Origin: Ignisphaera sp.
GTDB taxonomy: Archaea > Thermoproteota > Thermoprotei_A > Sulfolobales > Ignisphaeraceae
DNA length: 64,000 nucleotides
Assembly: GCA_038889075.1 (NCBI GenBank)
Contig: JAWAHS010000001.1
Coordinates: forward strand, 344,970 to 408,969
Direction of reading: 5' to 3'
The position numbers were made by a program, and so were the translations under genes. Within the stretch, counting starts at the first letter, position 1, and every line of letters starts with the position of its first letter. The notes beneath the pieces are model-generated. The model worked only from the letters and a program-made list of their open reading frames with translations. It searched no databases and was not told the origin of the DNA. Positions 59,687 to 64,000 of the stretch are shown in pieces.

Positions 59687-60762
59687 ATGGTGCTTAGTAT
59701 GAAGGAGATTGGCTTAGACTTCATTAAAAAGCTTGACATGGTTGCAAACATCTCTAGCGACTATATTGTGAAGTCTGACGATGATACGGATAGTAAGTAT
59801 GGATACATACCCCTGGAAAGACCGATTGACATCCATATAAGATACGGGCTTATAGTTCTTGATAAACCACCAGGGCCTACAAGTCACGAAGTTGTTGCAT
59901 GGATAAAAAGAATGTTCAGTATCAGTAGGGCGGGCCACGGGGGTACCCTAGAACCCAACCTTCTAGGGTTGGGTGGGGAGACCCTAAGGTAACAGGAGTT
60001 TTACCCATAGCTTTGGAGAGATCTACGAGGGTTATAGGTATATTAATGCATTCATTTAAGGAATATGTAGGTCTTATGGAGCTACACGGCGATATCGATA
60101 GAGAGAAACTATTTGAAGTTACAAAAATGTTTATTGGTAAGATATACCAGCGTCCTCCATTACGATCCTCTGTTAAAAGAGCGCTCAGAATCAAGGAGAT
60201 ATATTCGATAGATATACTAGAAATTGACGGCAGAAACGTTCTTTTTAAAGTTAAATGCGAATCTGGTACATATGTAAGGAAACTGTGCCACGATATAGGG
60301 CTTTTACTTGGTGTTGAAGCGCATATGAGGGAGCTTAGAAGGGTTGCTGTAGCACATCTTAGGGAAGATTTATTTGCATCAACCTTACATGAAGTTTCAG
60401 AAGCACTGTATATGTGGCGGAGATACGGTGACGACTCAATGCTTCGCAACGTCATACTACCTGGGGAATTCATCGTAGCTCATCTGCCCAAGATTCTAAT
60501 AAAGGATGGAGCTGTCGATGCTATAGCTCACGGAGCTCAGCTAGCTGTTCCAGGAATATCCATTTTCTCAAAAAATATTACTAAGGGTTGCACAGTTGCT
60601 GTAATGACGCTCAAAGGAGAGCTTGTTGCTATAGGCAGGGCTGCTATGGATAGTGAAGAAATCAGCAAGAGTGAAAAAGGTATAGCTGTAGAAATTAATA
60701 GAGTCGTTATGGAACCAAACGTGTATCCGAGAATGTGGAAAAGGAAGCAGCAACAACCGTAG
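59687..60762 (+). CDS. cbf5: H/ACA pseudouridine synthase Cbf5; spliced join(59687..59951,59981..60762)
   Basis: LDKPPGPTSHEVV, GHGGTL|DPKVTGVLP restored by removing 29 nt, GTYVRKL, PUA domain. Confidence 0.95.
59952..59980 (+). other. 29-nt archaeal BHB-type pre-mRNA intron in cbf5
   Basis: ACCCAACC/GGTTGGGT helix, two AGA bulges around CCCT/GGGG 4-bp helix; splicing restores the catalytic Asp codon and the frame. Confidence 0.9.
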
Positions 60763-60770
60763 GGTGTAGT

Positions 60771-61364
60771 ATGGTCTATCACTACTATACTCCGCAAAAA
60801 AGGAGATCCTCCTACATGCTTATATCAGACTTTATTAGAGGTGTAACTGTAGAATTTGAGGTTACCCCAGGGCTTTTCTCCTACAAGAAGATCGATGATG
60901 GAACTAGGCTTCTCCTAGAATACGCAGAGATACCGGATGAAGGAGCCGTACTAGATCTCGGTTGTGGTTATGGTGCTATAGGTATCGTTTTGGCTAAGGT
61001 AAATCCAAAACTAAGAGTATATATGGTTGATATAAATGAGGAGGCCGTCAGACTTGCGAAGAGAAATCTACAGAGGAATAACATAGGTGAAGATAGGGCT
61101 ATAGTTCTTCAAGGAAATCTATATGAACCTGTAGAAAAAATTATGTTTAAAGCCATATATAGCAATCCACCCCTATCAGCAGGCTTTGAAACAATAGAAA
61201 AAATTATCCGAGAAGCACCTAACCATCTAGAGAGGACGGGAACACTACAAATTGTAGTTAGAAAAGGTATAGAGAAAACCTACAAACTAATGACAGAGGT
61301 CTTTGCCCACACAGAAACGTTAGCTACACATAAAGGATACAGAGTATTGCTATCAAGAAAATAG
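60771..61364 (+). CDS. RsmC-like class I SAM-dependent methyltransferase
   Basis: GLFS...IDDGTRLL, LDLGCGYG, SNPP. Confidence 0.9.
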   Translation: MVYHYYTPQKRRSSYMLISDFIRGVTVEFEVTPGLFSYKKIDDGTRLLLEYAEIPDEGAVLDLGCGYGAIGIVLAKVNPKLRVYMVDINEEAVRLAKRNLQRNNIGEDRAIVLQGNLYEPVEKIMFKAIYSNPPLSAGFETIEKIIREAPNHLERTGTLQIVVRKGIEKTYKLMTEVFAHTETLATHKGYRVLLSRK

Positions 61365-61427
61365 ACTTATAAATCAATAAAGCTTAATAATTATAGATAG
61401 ATGTAGGTATATAGCCGCCACGCATAT

Positions 61428-61515
61428 GCCGGGGTGCCCGAGTGGTCTAAGGGGCCGGCCTTGAGAGCCGGTGGGGTACCTCCCCGCGCGGGTTCAAATC
61501 CCGCCCCCGGCGCCA
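61428..61515 (+). tRNA. tRNA-Ser(TGA), CCA encoded
   Basis: GCCGGGG/CCCCGGC acceptor, CCGGC-CTTGAGA-GCCGG arm, long variable arm, G discriminator then CCA. Confidence 0.96.
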
Positions 61516-61888
61516 AACAATTGAATGTGATTTAACGATTTTCTTCAGAAAATCCGTATACTCAACTCTGTGATAAAATGATGACGCCTTCCCTGCTTTA
61601 CAATCCGCTCCGAAGGCCATGTTAATGCAATACAACATGATATAAAAGTAATATCTAAGACTTTAAATGGGTACCTCAAAAAATAATTAATCCAATTAAG
61701 TCAACTGTTACTGCTATATTTACTGAGTCTCCTTATTTTACTCACCACCTTTATTTTTAAACTTCTTCAACAATCTTTGATGGATATGGCCTTGGAGAAC
61801 TACCTGTGAACGTTCTCTATCCAGATACTGAGGAATTCTAATTCTTCAGCTAAACATATATTTACATCGATGTAATATGTAATAGGCG

Positions 61889-62575
61889 GTGCCTCTTAAA
61901 ATGATATTGGTTGATAGAGATCTAGTTGAAGTTTTTAGGCAAAAGATTATAGATTGGTATTCTGTCTATGGAGTTCAGAATCTTCCTTGGAGGAGCACCA
62001 CCAATCCGTGGCACATACTTGTAGCAGGTCTCCTTCTTAAGAATACTAGGGTTGAACAGGTTACTAGAGTATATCAGAAGTTTCTAGATAGATTTCCCAA
62101 TCCAAAGGCACTATCCGATGCTGATACTGAGGAGGTTAAAGATATTATCTATTCTCTAGGTATGCAAAATAGAAGGGCCGTGGAGTTAAAGAAATTGGTT
62201 CAGATTGTTGTTGAGAGATTCAAAGGCTCCATACCATGTAGTCGGGAGTTGCTTAAGGAGTTGCCCGGTGTTGGTAAATATATAGCATCAGAGGTACTGT
62301 TAGTTGCATGTAGCCAGCCCATGCCTCTCCTAGATAGGAATATGGCTAGAGTACTGGGTAGAGTATTCCTTGGCGTAGATCCAAAGGTGATATCCTCCGA
62401 ACTGCAATTCCTTGCTGAATCCATAGTTCCTAGGGATTCGCAGGAAGCTAAAAGATTTAACTATGGAATTCTAGATATGGCTAGAGAGATCTGCCGACCG
62501 AGAAATCCTAGGTGTGTAAGATGTCCTGTAAACGAAATGTGTACCTACTATAGAAAGAGTAGACACATAGCATAG
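61889..62575 (+). CDS. HhH-GPD mismatch DNA glycosylase (MIG/MutY-like) with 4Fe-4S cluster
   Basis: LPWR, LPGVGKY, LLDRN, CRPRNPRCVRCPVNEMC; lacks the MutY C-terminal domain. Confidence 0.88.
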   Translation: MPLKMILVDRDLVEVFRQKIIDWYSVYGVQNLPWRSTTNPWHILVAGLLLKNTRVEQVTRVYQKFLDRFPNPKALSDADTEEVKDIIYSLGMQNRRAVELKKLVQIVVERFKGSIPCSRELLKELPGVGKYIASEVLLVACSQPMPLLDRNMARVLGRVFLGVDPKVISSELQFLAESIVPRDSQEAKRFNYGILDMAREICRPRNPRCVRCPVNEMCTYYRKSRHIA

Positions 62576-62625
62576 CCCTTGGAATAGAATCGATCAGCTA
62601 GAACTACTGCGGATGGAAGACATCC

Positions 62626-63903
62626 ATGGATAAGCAACCGTTGAAGATCTTTAAATCAGTGGTCATAATAGCCGACGATCTTACAGGTGCAAATGATACT
62701 GCTGTACAGTTCTCTAAACTAGGCTATCGTGTTGCCACAGTTTTACATATGGAGGATCTCGATGAATTTCTAGAGAGGTATGATGTTATTGCTATAAGTA
62801 CTGATAGCAGAGCTGATACACCATCTGATGCATATAGAAAGCTGTATAGTGCTGGGCTTAAGATTAGACAATACAGCGATATCCTTATCTACAAGAAGAT
62901 CGATTCTACACTTAGAGGTAATATAGTTGAGGAGATAAAGGGTCTGTACGACTCTATAGGATTCGACCTTGTAGTGTTTGCACCAGCATACCCTAAACAA
63001 GGTAGAACTACAATCAACGCTATACAACTGGTTAATGGCGTTCCCGTGGATAGAACTGTTTACGCTAGAGATCCTAGAGCACCAGCTAAGAGCTCCTACA
63101 TACCATCGTATTTCACCGATATCTTCAAGGACCTGTATGTACACATATCACTAGAGGCAGTGAGATCGCGAAGATTCAGAGAAAATGTAAGGACATGTAA
63201 AGCCATTTCATTTGATGCAGAAGATGAAGACGATTTAAAAGCTGTTGTAGATACACTCCTAGATTTTGATGGAAAAATACTCTGGGTTGGTTCAGCGGGG
63301 CTGGCAGAGGCTCTAGCATCTACTATTGTCGTAGGAAGTCTTGAGGGTAAGCCTGCGATTCTCGTCATAGGTTCTCTTAATGAGGTGTCGAGGAGGCAGC
63401 TAGTATACTATATGGGGAAAGCTTCGTGTGAGCTCATTAAAGTTGATGTCAGTAGGTTGCTACTTGATTTTAACTCAGAATTGTCTAGCATTAAAAGTAG
63501 GGTACTGGATGCTATCGATAAAAGTATGGATATAGTTATCACAACTGCCTTTGACCGAAGCCGAACTGATGAAAAAGAGAATGTAAATATATTGGAACTA
63601 CCTCTATCTGAAGTAGGGGCTAGAATAGCCGAAGGTATTGGTAAAGTAGTTACTGAGGTGGTAAAAGAGCTTGGAACAGATGCTATCAGCGGACTCTATA
63701 TAACGGGGGGAGATACAACTGCCTCGGTAATGCATAGTATGAATGTTACTCACCTAGAGGTTGTTGGCGAGATTGAACCAGGTGTGCCGTTGTTAAGATA
63801 TGGTAAGCTCTTCATAGTAGCTAAGGCTGGAGGTTTCGGTATGGAGCAAACCCTTATACGCATTATTGCTCGGCTTAAAAAGGTTTCTAAAGGAGACAAC
63901 TAG
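62626..63903 (+). CDS. Four-carbon acid sugar kinase (DUF1537 family)
   Basis: IADDLTGAND, YKKIDSTLRGN, PAYP..GR, GSAGLA, TGGDT, KAGGFG. Confidence 0.92.
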   Translation: MDKQPLKIFKSVVIIADDLTGANDTAVQFSKLGYRVATVLHMEDLDEFLERYDVIAISTDSRADTPSDAYRKLYSAGLKIRQYSDILIYKKIDSTLRGNIVEEIKGLYDSIGFDLVVFAPAYPKQGRTTINAIQLVNGVPVDRTVYARDPRAPAKSSYIPSYFTDIFKDLYVHISLEAVRSRRFRENVRTCKAISFDAEDEDDLKAVVDTLLDFDGKILWVGSAGLAEALASTIVVGSLEGKPAILVIGSLNEVSRRQLVYYMGKASCELIKVDVSRLLLDFNSELSSIKSRVLDAIDKSMDIVITTAFDRSRTDEKENVNILELPLSEVGARIAEGIGKVVTEVVKELGTDAISGLYITGGDTTASVMHSMNVTHLEVVGEIEPGVPLLRYGKLFIVAKAGGFGMEQTLIRIIARLKKVSKGDN

Positions 63904-63920
63904 AGTAAAGGTTGCACACA

Positions 63921-64000
63921 GTGTGTAGGGCTACCATAGGTATTACCATGGGAGATCCTGCTGGTGTGGGTCCGGAGGTAGCCTTAAAGGCTCTACGTAA
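63921..64000 (+). CDS. PdxA-family dehydrogenase (5' fragment, runs off window)
   Basis: Manual translation from GTG 63921: MCRATIGITMGDPAGVGPEVALKALR. Confidence 0.85.
   Translation, partial: MCRATIGITMGDPAGVGPEVALKALR

Noticed and set aside
59687-60762. cbf5 as a frameshifted pseudogene or two genes
   Set aside because: A BHB-bounded 29-nt intron restores the frame and catalytic motif exactly
61575-61620. C/D box sRNA (ATGATGA ... CCGA)
   Set aside because: No convincing D'/C' boxes and no identifiable target; too weak to call
61447-61638. 63-aa minus-strand ORF
   Set aside because: Antisense shadow of tRNA-Ser (WRRGRDLNPR signature)

Overview
AT-rich archaeal chromosomal segment; the gene content and order (PCNA paralogues, PCNA-priS-gins-L44e-S27e-aIF2a-nop10 cluster, free-standing 5S rRNA, intron-split cbf5) point to a crenarchaeon of the Thermoprotei, probably Desulfurococcales (inference). 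Mostly core information-processing genes: an exosome/translation cluster (1-9.8 kb, minus strand), pheS-pheT-tyrS-dnaG, rtcB, and the rpl22-rpl15/secY/cbf5 ribosomal superoperon, plus tRNA-Val(TAC), tRNA-Leu(TAG), tRNA-Ser(TGA) and 5S rRNA. Most notable: a 270-bp inverted-repeat-bounded, promoter-bearing structured element next to tRNA-Val that resembles an orphan tnpB-derived RNA; an uncharacterised thioredoxin + His/Cys helical protein + small ferredoxin-like protein + CcdA module; two divergent TrmY-like paralogues, one overlapping the 5S rRNA antisense; three genes that appear to need near-cognate (ATT/CTG/ACG) starts; a 29-nt BHB intron in cbf5; two unannotated k-turn/H-ACA-like RNAs; and a minimal IS200/IS605-type end element. 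No CRISPR array was seen. All calls were made by eye, without database searches.
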